The notes: a model not told the origin generated them from the sequence alone. A stretch of DNA of 64,000 nt from Octopus vulgaris (GCA_951406725.2 OX597830.1:74834001-74898000), one strand, 5' to 3'; shown: positions 27,901 to 44,124, numbered from the stretch's first letter. Numbers and translations: made by a program.

Positions 27901-28789
27901 ACGAAAACGTAAATGATAAATTGTACTTCAGTGTGTTTGGCAGGAAAGTGTCCCATACAGTAGGATGAGTCCTGAGTCCAGCTAAGGGAATTTGAGCACA
28001 ATCTCTAAATTTATGTTTTGGTGTCGGTTTACGCTTCAAGCACGCTCTTTTGCAGCAGCAAGCCTCAATTTTTCTTACCGTTTTTCAACCCTTGCTCATT
28101 TCTAGTCTCTAGCGAGAACGATCGCATGCAGCCGAGGTCCTCACTTCAATGTTCATGTTTAGTGACTTAATTTCCATATCTCTGCCGCACAAATTGAGAA
28201 AGAACGAACAGAGTACCATTCGGCTTTGTTGCTAAAATCCAGCTCCTTGAGTTTTGTTTTCCCAGATATTTTCGTCTGGGATGCGGCAAATACGAGGCAG
28301 GCGGGCGAAATTTCGTTCTCAGAGCAGGTGTAATCGATATGTCTTGGTGTGTCTTTGCGTAGGAAGGTGTACATATATACATGTATATACACACGCATAT
28401 TCACACAGGAACAGACAGATACGTACATATATACTTACACATTCATATATGTATAACTGCGTGCATTTATGTGTGTGCCTGGCAGAAGCAATCAACACTT
28501 GTTTCCTTAGCAATAAACAACTTTATTATACGTTTATAATATGACCATCAAATTGAATTTGTTCAATTCAGAAAAAAAAAAAAGAAAAAACAAAAGTTAA
28601 GAAAAACTGAAAATAGAAAAAGTGAAAACAATATAATTTCGTTTTGAAAACGAGAATGACGAGATATAGATGTAAAAACAATTGAGAATATACATACATA
28701 CACACGCACACACACACACACATGTATGTATAGATAGATCTATAGATCTATATATCTGTATGTATATATATATATAGAACCATAAATGG

Positions 28790-29505
<716 letters not shown>

Positions 29506-29740
29506 AAATAAGAGACAAAGACTGAGTTATGTGGAAGGCAGTGGGAATAGAATAGAATTGGTGTCCTAATATCTAAAATATATTAATGTAGGTCTTATAA
29601 GGGTGATGTGATCTTACAAACATTGCGTGTATAAATAGATGTATATATATTTATTCATAATTACTCAGGTATGGGCTAACATATATATGAGTGCGTGTGA
29701 GCACACATATATATTAATAAATATAGATAGATACATACAT

Positions 29741-29771
<31 letters not shown>

Positions 29772-30128
29772 CATATAAGTGTGTATGTATGATTGTATAT
29801 ATGTGTGTGTGTGTATGGACGACACATGCATAACCATAAGCACATACGTGCTCATTCATATATAAAAATAATTACTATCATTTGACTAGTATATACGATA
29901 ATAGAACGGTACACGCACGCATATATACATGTATGTACATATGTCTGTATGTTTGTGTATATATATACACACACACACACACAAACACACACATATATAT
30001 ATACATATGTATACACACACATCTACGCATATACACATATACATATATGATGACAGATACATACAGAGGTAAGTTAACCATGGTGTTCGCGTTAGTGGTA
30101 GTTGTTTTTGCTGTTGTTGTTGTTGTTT

Positions 30129-30180
<52 letters not shown>

Positions 30181-30519
30181 CATTATTATCATCATAACTA
30201 TTTTGAATATTTTCCTGTATATTGTTTTGAATATTAACTGTGGATCTGTTTTTACTTTTTGCCTCAAATTTTGTACACAAAATCACAGATATTGTGAAAT
30301 ATAATGTCTATATATATATAGCTCAATGTGATATTCCATTATATAATATATAATTACATTATATAATATGTAATTACAATGAAAACTGTGAGGTTTGGTC
30401 CTGAAATATTAAGACATTATTTTGAAAAACTGCTTGCAGGATTGTTAGTAAGTCAGTAAATTTGGTTACTCTGGTGACTTGAATGTCTAATTTATGAAGC
30501 TCTAGCACATCTTTGTCGT

Positions 30520-30690
30520 CGTTGTTGTTGGTCGTCTTTCGTCCTACACCAATCCTGATTTACCAAACCTGTAATGAAAAGCATTCCAGCAATAACTCTG
30601 TCTTGTAAGACGCTATGATGTGATTTTAAGGGAGATTAAGCTGCTATTTTAGCACGCTGATTGACCACATAGAGGCTCCATCGTTAGCTG
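30520..30690 (+). repeat. Old dispersed repeat, family D
   Basis: 'gcattccagc...tgattttaagggagattaagctgctattttagcacg...gaccacatagagg' resembles 3800-4005 and 39245-39440. Confidence 0.55.
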
Positions 30691-31535
30691 GATCTTTTCT
30701 TAATGTCTGAACTTTGGCTTTAATATTCCTCGGTTAGCTTTCTTATACTGAGAAGTAGTCCGGTCAGCTAATGCTCATTGCATCTCTATCCTCTTTCATT
30801 AAATTCAGTTATTTTACCTATAACCTTCCTGAAGTACCTTTACTAATGTTTAATCAAGTACATCAACCCCAGTGATTATTTTACAGTTTTTAGAAGTAAG
30901 GATAAAAGGGGGAAGAGAAATTGGGCGGGATTTGGACGAAAGTCCTGTAAAGAGAGTTAAATTATATGCTTTGATTGTCTTAGTATAATTCCTGAGATAT
31001 AAGAAATAAATTCTAACGTGTACAAATCCTATATATATTAGATATGTATCATGCAAAAGATGCTCTTGTCATGTCAACTGCAGAAAGCAAAAGAAAATTA
31101 CTTCGAATTATCAGAGTTACTGGTCATAAGATTAATGTCATATCAATGCGAGGTTAATTGCTTGAAGCTAATGTCAAGAAAAGAACGCAAATAAACAGAG
31201 AAACATCAACAAAGATATATAATTATCAGAGGTAGGGGGGAAAACAAATAAGAAAAAACAGCAAAAAAGAATGCAAAATTAAAAGGAAAAATCGTCAAAA
31301 ATCAAGTAACGAAAAGCACTTTCACTTTTAACTAATTAACATATAATATTGTAAATGAGGAAATTGACCCGATGCCTGTGTATGAGATCAATAGAAATCT
31401 TATCGATTTGGTACCCCATGTCTCGAGATTGATTGCATGTCATTTAAGTGCAATTATTTAGTTCTTCGTGAAATTTTGAATCCTAAAAAAAAAAAAAAAA
31501 AAAAGAAAAAATAATAGCAGCTTCGACAAAAAGCA

Positions 31536-31574
<39 letters not shown>

Positions 31575-32781
31575 CATGATGATAATAATGATAATGGTGT
31601 TTGAATGAAAAGAAAAAAAGCAAGAAACGATAATTACACTTTTGTTTCTTATAATCCACTTAAAAATTGGGAATTGTCAGAAAATCGTTTGAATTTTTTT
31701 TCTTTACTTGAGGACAAAAAAAAAAGAGTGTTAAACTTGATAAAACGACGGGGAACCAAATGCCTTTGCGGTGTTAAATTATGTAATTCAATATTCTCAT
31801 TTGAAATCCCCTTCGACGTCAATTTCACATTTTATTATCATTTTTGGGTCGATAAACTAAAATAATAGTTATGTCATGTATTGGAGACGATACGACCATG
31901 TCGGTTCTTCTATCCTACCACAAAACAGTTGCTTTGTACCATAAATCCTTATTATTTGTAAATTCAACTGTGATATATTGTTGGCAGTATATGTTTGATG
32001 GTAGATTAAAGAACCTGCGTTATGCAGTTTCTCTTTATAAGATCCGAGTTCGATTCGTGACGAGGAAAACTTACTTAGCAAAGGAATCTGCAGAATATTT
32101 ACTCTGGTTGGCACTGAGAAAGATACATTTCGATATTTTGTAACGAAATTTTACGTTCTGGGCTCCAATCGGACCAGGGTTAGTTCATACGGCCAGGAAA
32201 CTGCAAAACCGTAAAAGTGTTGTGAAAAAAATAAAATTCAGTATTTAGTTACAATCTTCAACAATCTAAGTTCAAATCCCTTGAGTGCTAAGCATGCTTT
32301 TCATCAATCCAAGATGAATAAGATACAAATCCTGTTAATAGCAAGTGTTAAATCACCAATGACCAAGCCACAATTGACTATCATATCATCAATAGGTGGT
32401 GATGATTGGGTCTGGCTGCTACTAAAATCTTCAATTGTCCCAGGATTATAACTAAAAGTAATATTTATGTACTAAATCAATTGGCTGATAGATATATCAC
32501 GACACTGTCTATTTGTTAGCTAGAAGCCTATGCATTATCACTTCGACGTGTTTGTATAGGAGACGTTAACTGCGAAGTGAATATGGGTATTGCTATTAGA
32601 TATCCTTACACTTCAGTAGAGAGGAAAGTGTTGCTTGTATGGCGAGTAAACTGAAGCCTCGAAATCATTGTCAATCTGTTCCTTGTAAAAGTTAAAACAT
32701 ATGTATCGAGTAATCCCTCGCTTTAATGTCAAATTATTTCATTTATAAATTGAGGCAAAAAAAAACCCAAAACAAATATTA

Positions 32782-32819
<38 letters not shown>

Positions 32820-33029
32820 GCATCAATATATGTATTTGTATCATTGTATGGGTCAATGTATATATGTATATGTACAAACACCCAACCGTCACTTGCAAAC
32901 TAAGAGTACATAGTAACTTACACCATGATCCTAGCTAGTTGGTTTCGGTTTTTATTTACTAACCGACATAGATACCTTGTCATCTCATCTGTCCTACCTT
33001 TCACTGATGAAAACTAGAAGGGAGACAAA

Positions 33030-33175
33030 AGGTTGCAGCATTACTCGACTGGTATTCATTTTCACTAGAGTAATACGGGAGACTGATGTGAAGTACCTTG
33101 CTGAAGGGCCCACCGTATCACCCAGGTCAACTTAAAATATTATTAAGGTATTATAAACCGTAGCCATTATGCTTC
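33030..33175 (-). mobile_element. Very degenerate CORE-like SINE fragment
   Basis: 'gtgaagtaccttgctgaagggcccac' is roughly the reverse complement of the 'gtgttcttgagcaaaacgctt' segment of the family-C copy at 43439. Confidence 0.35.
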
Positions 33176-34559
33176 GTATAGATACAAAAGAATAATTTCT
33201 CCTTCAGAATTTTATTTTATTTTTGTTGTTGCTGTTACTATCTTCTTGCTCCTAGTCAATGTCTGTTCTAGGAAACTTATGATATATGTCATACCAACCG
33301 TGGCCATTCCCCCTATTCTCTAAATTCCTGACCTTGTGCCTAAATTATTGATTAATTACCGTTTTGTGTTGTACTGTATAATTTTGAGTGTTCTTTTGGA
33401 CAGTTCCAGTAACAAAGGAATTCTTCGTCTATGAACTGAGTTTGGTAAACCTGCCAAAGCCTGTCTTGAACTGGGCCTATATATGTGTGTGAACTGGGCC
33501 TATATATGTGTGTGTATGTGCGTGTATATATATTTATGTGTGAGTGGTTGTGTGTGTGTGTGTGTACATATAAATGCAGGCGCACCTGTGTGTGCATATA
33601 AACTCACACGGCATTTATACAAAGAGGTACGTAGATATATATGTATATACATATAATTATTGATAAATAGACAGAGAGAGTGGGTTTGGAGAAAGAGGTG
33701 AGTAAGAGAGATACATGGAGATATTTACGTAAATGCGTGTAAGCGTTTTTATGTATGTGGGACTGCATATTTTTCATTGATGCATATCGCGGCGGAAATC
33801 GCATAACCAGTACTTTAAGACCGAAGTAACTTGTGATAACTTGAGATATGTGCGCTGCATCTAGTTTAAGTCTCTTTCGTCTTATTCTTGTCATCAAATA
33901 GTGATTTGTCCATTGGAGACCTCTAAAGTAAGGAATGCATTGATCATTAATTTTGATATACAATAAAATATAAATATATAAGTGTTTCCAATTGGCTTAA
34001 ATTGTGGATTGAAACCGTAATGCAATTTTGGCTTCGTGGCAATTTTGCTTATCAATGCCAGCCGGCACCCACAATAAGTTTCGGACAAGTTTTATTCGAT
34101 CCCATCTGTAATAGATTTAATTATATACAGCATTTACATAAGCATCTGCCGTGTGTAGAATTAGTAAAAATAGATATATATTTCAGAAGAAAATCATAAC
34201 TACTAGTTTAAGGTAGAAAACCATAACGAAATCAGCGGTTATTTTCCATTAATGAACTTTCGCAGTAAAGAATGTAATGGTAACAATACCGAACAATTTT
34301 ATATCGAAATTCCCAAGAAAATTCACGGTGGTTCGTAAAATCTGATTTGATCATAGCTTCCAAAATTTTTCTTTTCTTTTTTTTTCTTTTTGTTTTGTTT
34401 TTCTATTCATCTTCTACAAAGGCAAGTGTTAACATTAGAGTTTTGAAACAATATACTATAGCTAGTGAAAGCCGTCAGGGAAAGTGGCTGGGTAATGCTG
34501 GTTTTATGAATAGAAGCTAAGTTATTGAAACAACAGCCGTTATGAAATTATCCAATCTA

Positions 34560-34623
<64 letters not shown>

Positions 34624-34849
34624 CCTAGAACTACATTAACAGGCGATGAAACATTTGTTATATAAGAAATTGTTAGCTGCTCGCCATTTTGATCACAATA
34701 CTAACATATTTGTCAGTCGAAGAGCTAAATGATTTTTCTCTCTCTCTTTCCTTTAGATTTCGCTTGCTTTCTTATTCTCCGTACACACGCACGTACACAC
34801 ACACAGAGATACACACACACACACATACAAACATAGATGTATATTTATT

Positions 34850-34908
<59 letters not shown>

Positions 34909-34984
34909 GTATCATGTTGAAAGTGCTATGTGCTTGTATTATGAAGATATATGTATGTAAATGGAGAGGTTTATGTGTATGAGA

Positions 34985-35047
<63 letters not shown>

Positions 35048-35104
35048 ATGTGTGTGTTTGCGTGTATTATATATATACATTTATATATGCTTGGATGTCT
35101 ATTT

Positions 35105-35148
<44 letters not shown>

Positions 35149-35444
35149 TTCTATGTGTGTGCATCCGTGTGTGTGTACGTGTGTATGCACGAGTTTATGC
35201 ATATAGATATATGTATCTATCACACAAGCTCAGGGCTTTTCTATTGAACAAAGAAAAAGCTAAGAGAAAGAATATCGTCGTTTTCGTGCCTGCAGTGCCA
35301 CTTAGAATTTACCAAAATTGTCTGCTAATCATGATTACAGGAATATTTCAGAGAAATTCTATCATTATCCACAACTGCTTGTTATTTTTATTCAATCATT
35401 CATCCATTCTTATATTGTATTTTCCCATATACATAGATATAAAT

Positions 35445-35496
<52 letters not shown>

Positions 35497-35576
35497 ACAT
35501 ATAAACATATATATATATATATATGTATATATTTATGTATGCATGTATGTATATATATGTACATATATAGGTATAA

Positions 35577-35682
<106 letters not shown>

Positions 35683-36062
35683 GCTTTCTCTTTGCTGTCT
35701 TCGTTTCTATCTTCTCTATAGCGCCAACAACTTGCTTTCAAGAAGATCATAACCCCGTGAGTAATTCCACGAGTGTGTAAGTAGATAATGAAATGTTATT
35801 AGTGAAGTCCATGTCTTCAGAAAACTACTTATGGTGTAGAAGATGGTGGACGGGTAGGTCGGTGTGCAGTAGATCGTGTAGAGGGTAGGTAGGTAATGGT
35901 GGTGGTGGTGGTGGTGGTGGTAGGAGTTACAGCAATCTCTTGAAATAGGCTATGGACTTCAGAAGCCACCGACTTAATCAATACGTACGTCACGGCTTGC
36001 TATTTTTATCCTTATTGTTTCATGTTTTGTTTTACCTTATGTTTATATATAAATACATACAA

Positions 36063-36134
<72 letters not shown>

Positions 36135-36191
36135 GTATATACATATATATATATAATTGCGTATCAATATATATATAAATGTACGTATTTA

Positions 36192-36286
<95 letters not shown>

Positions 36287-36864
36287 GTATGTATGTGTGT
36301 GTATGTATAAACATGCATATACTGTATTATGGAAGCTACCGAAACTGTTGTTTTTATCATAGAAAATACGGGAACCAGCAATATGATTGAATATATTGTT
36401 AGAGAGGCTACGAGACACAGAGAGGGGGAAAGAGAGGGTGAGAAAGGAAAGAACGCAAAAGAATACCGAAACAAAAGTAAATTAGCAAAAAAAATAAAAT
36501 AAAATAAAAGAGAAAAGTGGTAATAGGAATAGATAAATATATAAAAGAAACTAAAATTAAGTTTCGCTTCAAGAGCGGAAGAATGGTTCCATGTTTAGAA
36601 ACACCAACCAAGTTTCTATCGAATCACATAGATATGTTGTCTTGTATGAAGTTGGACAGCACACACGGGATATGTTCCATGGTGTATAATATGTACTATT
36701 AAGTAATCTTGGGTGGTCACAGCTGGATTACCTCTGGTCATATGTTGTGGTAGATCTGTGACTTTAATTCCATGTTAACATATAAGTTGGTCGCTGACTG
36801 ATGACGATGGTTCGAGACTGACTTACAATTTCTTTTCGGTATCTTTTAGATGTATATATGTATG

Positions 36865-37078
36865 TGTGCTTGTTTGCAACCACCACCCTACCACATGACA
36901 ACCGGTGTTGGTTTGTTTACGTACCTGTAACATAGCAGTTTGGCCAAAAATCGATAGAATGATCTACTAGACTTTCAAAAAATATATGAACTGATATCGA
37001 TTGTCCGACCAACACCTGGACGGCATTACCCCCAACATGGCTGCAGACGAATGATTAATACAAGAGAAATATAAAAGA
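36865..37078 (+). mobile_element. Degenerate SINE family A tail
   Basis: 'tgacaaccggtgttggtttgtttacgtacctgtaacatagcagtttggc...cgatagaat...ccccaacatggctgcag'. Confidence 0.7.
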
Positions 37079-38096
37079 ATAGATATGAACCGGTGTTGTT
37101 GGCGCTATAGTTGAGCTTTAGGTTAACCTGGTCAGTCTGGTATACTGATCAACTACATCCCAAACGTGATCATCATGTCTTCCTTGATCAATGATGAACG
37201 TTGTTCCAGAAAAGGTCGTGTTGTCGTAGACACATTTTTCAAATTCTCCCTTCTCTGTATCGAGAAATATGTTATCCAATGTCGTCTTCTCTTCTGCCAG
37301 AAACTAACGTACAATTTGAATATTTGACATTTTTCGTTAGCATGTTGAGGGACCACATACAGTCCTCTCTATTTTTCTGACTACATAGTTTTTAAAAGAT
37401 TTCAACGATGTTGAATCTAGAACTACATACTTCAGTCTTACAATTCCATCTCTCTCTTTTAAATTAGTAAGGCTTAACGTGAAAGGATTGGTTATTATTT
37501 CTCGCAGGTGGAGCGAACTCACGTAGACTTTATAATCGGTTTGTTGGAGTCACGCAGTTTTGCTGTATAGTTACACAGAATTCCAACATAGACTATACAT
37601 AGGGCCACAGATTATAAAGTATCCATTTGTTGTTCATGTTGTTTAACCCCAGGTCGAAACTGTTCCTATCGCTAGACTGTATAATGTAAGTGTTGTTTTT
37701 TTTTATTTGCCTGTAGATATGATAGCATCTGACTGCTATTTCTAGTAGAGCCGTCGACCGAATTGGCGTTCCGTTCCCTTGTTATTGTTGTTCACAGCGT
37801 CAGTTATTTTATACTATCGTGTAGTATGCTAGACATTTTTCTTTATTTATATTATACTGCAGGAAATCAGTATATTGTTATTTATCCCCAAGGCAGTCCG
37901 GATTGACGAAGAGCGTGTAATACGATAGAAAACAATAACAAAATTGTGTTGAAAACTCCTCGTCTGGAATGACCTTGATGCCAACAAATGAATATCTTTA
38001 TCGGGTTGATTTTGTTAAAAAATAGCAGGCAAAATTTCCCCAAATGATACCCTACCGGCTTTAAAGAAAGATACATCGAATAATGCAGCTCTAGAT

Positions 38097-38952
38097 AACA
38101 AAAGGACGGGATGGTCATAAATAGATTTTTTTGATCACTGATTTTCTTTGATAACGAAGCTACAATGAAATAAGCCAAAACAGAAACTTCCAACCGCTAG
38201 AGGAACCACTGTCAGACTGCATGATGTGTTAAATATATTAGTGAAATATTCATCAAATTACACCCTAATATCTCTGCACACAATGAATGCTTTAAACAAA
38301 GTTGTTCTAAATACGTTGTATCTGAATACTCTATATGACTGGGTAGTCACGGTTGGAATGACTCTAATCATAGATCAATTACTTTATTGGTCTTTGTATA
38401 TCGGAACTAAATTGCTTTTTAGACCAGTGTCTATGTCCGTACTTTTACCTCGATTCTCATTTTCATTTCAACCATGTACTTGCTGTCGATTCTGACTTTG
38501 CACTCACAAACCACTGTGCCTAAAAAGAAAAGGATGGGATGGCCATAATCGGATTTTCTTTGATCACTGATTTGTTCAACGAAGCTGGGATGAAATAAAC
38601 CAAGTAACTGCAAAGTAGAAAATTCCAACCGCTAGTGGAACTACTGAGGTTGCATAATATTTTAAATATATTAGTCAAATATTCTTCAAATTGCACCCTA
38701 ACATCACTGCACACAGTAAATACGCTGTGTCTAAATACGCTATATTACTGAATAGTCATTTATGCTATCACAAAAACACGCAGGCAGTTACATACATGCA
38801 TTCACAATTACTTCATTGGTCTCTGTATATTGAAACTAAGTTGCCTCTTAGACCACTGTCTATGTCCGTACTACTATTTCAACTCACATTATCACTTCAA
38901 CCACATACTATCTGTCCCTTCTGACCTTGCACTTACAAGCCACTATGCCTAA
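38097..38952. repeat. Diverged tandem duplication, unit ~428 bp
   Basis: 'aaaggacgggatggtcataa' (38101) / 'aaaggatgggatggccataa' (38529); 'ccactgtgcctaa' (ends 38523) / 'ccactatgcctaa' (ends 38952); largely collinear in between. Confidence 0.9.
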
Positions 38953-39916
38953 TTCTTATTTCCTCAGATCATCAATCTTTGGTAATTCTTTCTTTTCCTG
39001 CCATGATTTATTTATTTACTTATTTGTCTATTTATTTTTGAAGCTGTCAAATTAAATTGATCAATAACATTAAGATCAAGTGCCTCTGTTTGAAGGTCGT
39101 TGAGTGCTTGAGAAGATCAGAGATCCGACTTCTTCCGTTAGACCAAACTATTAAAAACGAAAACAATAACAAAAATAACATCTAGAAACCACCATAAACG
39201 TATGTTCAAAAATATCAGACTCGATAATCAAATCAGCGCGCGACTATTGTTGTTTTTGTTGCTTAGGCCTAGTTTAGCTCTGATCAAAGGCGCTTCAGTC
39301 ATGACTATTCCATTTCATTTTTCTTATGTATAGAGAATCCAGGACAACATTAATCAAAATATGATTTCTAAGATTGCAGAGTATGATTTGAAGAAAATAG
39401 GTGGCTATTTCTAACAAGTCAAACAACTTAGAAGAATTTCCTACGTTAGATAATCCAATACTCCCTTGTAGCATATGATTGTCTGTCACTCGTCGGAGGT
39501 GTAGCTATTTCGGCAAAGTTTACAACAGCATTTATCAATCTTTGCAGAAATCTAGAATACCAATGAATTTGGGCTTTGACAGTCGATGTTCCTGTTGCGT
39601 ACATTTTAAAGGTCATACTTTTAGTGAAATATTACCCGGAAACACATTTATGTAAACACAAAAGCACGCAGGCTGTTACATACACGGGGGTCACAAAATA
39701 TATATATATATTTGAATACTATGCAAATATTCTTTTAAAATACTTTTCATTTTTTTCTCTCCAAAATTTAATTGTTCTCCATACTTACAGTTGAAAAAGT
39801 CTGACTGAAACTGGTAATGAAATATTTTCTAAAAATTATTTTAGCATTTTCTGCCTTGACTTTTTTCCATATATATATATATATATCAACTCATGTGTTC
39901 CTTTTCAACCTTCTAC

Positions 39917-39963
<47 letters not shown>

Positions 39964-40000
39964 CACACACACCACACGGCCACGCCACGCCGTGTACAGA

Positions 40001-40042
<42 letters not shown>

Positions 40043-41052
40043 AATAGTCCCCCGCAGAGCTCCTGCATGCTTAGTGTTAAAGACGTCATTAGGCAGCCAG
40101 CGCTCCGGTTACATTTGTTTAGAGCAGTAGTTGCTTCTCGATGACATAGGAGAAGGTGTCTGTTGACGAAAGACCAGCAAGAACATAAAACTCCAGAAAC
40201 ATAACTACTTATGAATAAAGTTGCATTGCATTGTTTTAGCTTTCGAATGATGTTACTACTCTATCTATACGAGCAAGTTTTATATATATGAATGTGTGTG
40301 TGTGTGTGTGATTGTGTGTGTCTGTGTGTGTGTGTGTTGAAGCAAAAATAATTTTAACGATTATTAATGAATTTGCGTCCATTTCAGTGTCTTTACTGAT
40401 TTGAAGATGAAGTGGGTCACTGCGATTGACTCTTTACTCCTAACAGCAAGTGAAGTTATCATGAGAGGTCTTGTATGACGTGGACGCGACTATGGCTTTG
40501 AGGATATTGTTTAAATTAAAACAACGTAGTTGCTACTTCACTTCATAATGAATGCATGAATAACATATGATGGATGTACAAATACATACACATATATGTA
40601 TATATATATGTATGTGTATGTATGTATATATATATATATGCGTATATATGTGGCTGTGTACGTCTGTGTGTGTTTGTGTGTGTATATATATGAACATACA
40701 TACACATATAAATGTTGAAACAAAGATGGTTGTCACATGTGAGTGTAAAAGAGAGACTGAGAGAGTATCTTAAGCTTACTTATGACTGGAAAAAGTTGAA
40801 AGTGTTGTCTTCTGCTTCAAGGAAAGTTATGTCGCAAACTACCAGCCCCGAACCTGCTCACACACCTATATAATAACAACAACAATCATATTAACAATAA
40901 GAACAGAGACAACAACACTAGCAGCGGCAGCAGCAACAATGATAATAATAATAATGAGGTAATGATAATAATAATGACAATAAAAATGATAAAGCTGATA
41001 ATAATAATAATATTTATTGAGAAGAAATATGCTGCTGATGATAATAATGATG

Positions 41053-41116
<64 letters not shown>

Positions 41117-41859
41117 TAATAATAATATTGATGATGATTATTATTATTATTATTATCTCTAAAAATATGTAAGCAAAAATAATACGATGCTAAGGAAAAA
41201 AAAATATTAAGAAACATCTAAAAGTTGATAAGAAAATAGGTAAAAATAAAAATAAACCGGTCCATCCACCTCTATCCCTCCATCATCACATTTCTTCAAA
41301 AAAAAAAAAAAGAAAGCAAAACTAAATGAAAAAAAAGGAAAGGAAGAAAGAAAGTAAAAAAGAGAAGAGAGAAAATTTTTTGCAAAGTGTATTTGGAGTG
41401 CAAGAAATGACAAAGTGATAGTAAGCTGGCCAAGCGCGTTGATATCACACAGTCACACATCTTTTGTGTATTTGAATTAATGTAGCATAATATTACACTT
41501 GACTACGTTAGATTGGAGAGAAGGTGAACTAAAACAAGAAACGAAAACACACGCATACACACACACATACACACACACACACACACTCACACACACACAC
41601 ATAAAAACAGGCAAAAATCAAAAATAATAAATAAGAGGTGAAGATGATGCTGTCGTTGTTACTGGTAGTGATGTTGTTGGCGGTGGTAGTGTTAAGTAGT
41701 GGTGGTGGAGTTAGAAGGGAGAGATGGTGATGGTGATGCTGCTGCTGCTGGTGGTGGTGATGGTGGTGATGGTGTTGGTGATGGTGGTGGTGGTGGTGGT
41801 GTTGCTGGAAAAGATGATTACGAAGAGGAGATTAAGAAGACGATGATGAAACAGGAAAA

Positions 41860-41860
41860 A

Positions 41861-41921
<61 letters not shown>

Positions 41922-41994
41922 TAATAATAATAATTATAATAATAATAAAGATAATAATAATGAAACTAATAATAATACTGAGAAGGAGAAAATA

Positions 41995-42041
<47 letters not shown>

Positions 42042-42307
42042 CAAAAATATGTTAATGAAGAAGAAGAAAAAGGAAAAAAAGAAGAAAATAGAAAGAATAG
42101 TGCGATGAAAGAGCAAAACTATAAGATGAAGCGCTAAGAAGAAAAAGTGATCGTAATGCACAAGGTGGTATAGAGGGAGGGGGTGGGGGTGGACATTGTG
42201 TTGATGATGATGATGATGGTGGTGGTGTGGTGGGTGTTGCTGTTACCGATGATGATGATGATGATGATGATGACGATGATGACGATGATGATGATGATGA
42301 CGATGAC

Positions 42308-42393
<86 letters not shown>

Positions 42394-42478
42394 GCAAGAA
42401 TGCAGGAAAGAACAAAAGGAAAATTAGAAATGTTTTTAAGAAAAATGCAGACGAACAACAACAACAATAACAATAAAT

Positions 42479-42509
<31 letters not shown>

Positions 42510-42510
42510 A
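41860..42510. repeat. Cluster of (AAT)n, (GAT)n and (CAA)n microsatellites
   Basis: Directly visible; the longest (GAT)n is ~42249-42392. Confidence 0.95.
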
Positions 42511-43261
42511 AACGAAGGTGTGAAGTGTTAGGTGTGTAGGTGGGTGAGTGGGTATAGATTTTGGCTGTAGAATTATCTTTCAAAGACTCTATCAAACGGA
42601 TAATGTAAACAAGATTTTTATTTTATTTTATTGTTTGTACTACAGTGCTGCATAATAGAATATGGCGTTTCTTTTGCTTCATCTGTGTGTGTGTGTGTCT
42701 CTCTCTCTCCATCTCTCTCCCCATCTCTCTCATTACAACAATAGCTATAACAACAACAATAATTACAATAATAACAACAATTAATAACATAGGAATTTTT
42801 AAAAAAATAATTTTAAAAAAGCACTTTCGGAAATAAATAAATAATTAAAAAATTAGAAAAAAAAAATTATATAATAAATTAATTACGCTGATTTCGTAAT
42901 GATCTGATCTTAACTCCATATTGAAATTAATCGAAGAAGACGAATTAACATGGATTACAACAACAACAGCAGAAACTACAGCAGCAACATCAACGTCGAC
43001 GTCGGCGATGACAATAGCAATAGCCAAAAGAAAATACGAAGAATAAATAAAAATGATTCTCGTCTAATTAATTAAAAAAATATTTAAAAAATATTACTAA
43101 TTATAAATAGAAGTAAAACAGAATATAATGGAATAACATAGTATAGTTTGTTGTTGATCTTTAACCCTGCATCAATTCTCCATTGCTCTGTCTCAACTTG
43201 TTTGAGTGCAAAAATGTGTCAGTTGATAGAACGCATACTAATATGTATATATGTATGTATG

Positions 43262-43320
<59 letters not shown>

Positions 43321-43379
43321 ATATATATATAGAGAGAGAGAGAGTGAGAGACGCATATATACACATACATATATATATA

Positions 43380-43435
<56 letters not shown>

Positions 43436-43438
43436 CAT

Positions 43439-43735
43439 GTGAAGACACGTAGCTAGTTGCTGGAGCATCGAGCTTAGAATCATGACGTTGTGAGTTCGAT
43501 TCCTGGACCGGGCTGTGTGTTGTGTTCTTGAGCAAAACGCTTTATTTCACGTTTCTCCCGTTCGCTCTGTTTTAGTAATGATTTGCGACGTCGCTGGTGC
43601 CAAACTGTATCTACCTTGATTAACATCAGTGGCATGGAGAAGGGAGGGTGGGATGCATGGATGACTGCTGGTCTTTCATAAACAAACTTGTTTGGACTTG
43701 TGCCTCGATGGGTAAATTTGTAGGTGGAATACTAT
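43439..43735 (+). mobile_element. tRNA-derived SINE, family C
   Basis: Head with B box GAGTTCGATTCC, then 'tgtgttcttgagcaaaacgctttatttcacgtt', which is shared with 62381-62405. Confidence 0.7.
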
Positions 43736-44092
43736 TGCCCTTAATGACCGAAGTGAATATTTATCCTTACTCTTTACATACGTGCATACATACATACATA
43801 CATGTGTACGTACATACATACATACGCACATACATACATACAAATATATGTGTATATCTATGTATATATACCCAGTTATATACACTGTATTGAAATAGTT
43901 TCTTGCCATTGAGACACTTGGTTCAGCAGATTTTTATGACGTGCTTTGTGTTTACAATCAATCTTCTTGTTCTGACCATATGGTTTCTTCTAACATTAGC
44001 TCTTTTTTTAATACAGTATATATTAATTTTTATGCATCTCACACTGGATGGAGTACATTTTTGTTGATCCTACCTTAAAGGAATAGTAACCA

Positions 44093-44124
<32 letters not shown>

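Noticed and set aside
28159-28330. Peptide YSVRSFSICAAEIWK resembling the L2/CR1 ORF2 C-terminal RSFS..A..LWN motif
   Set aside because: Too short and without supporting RT or downstream motifs; a BLASTX hit would be needed.
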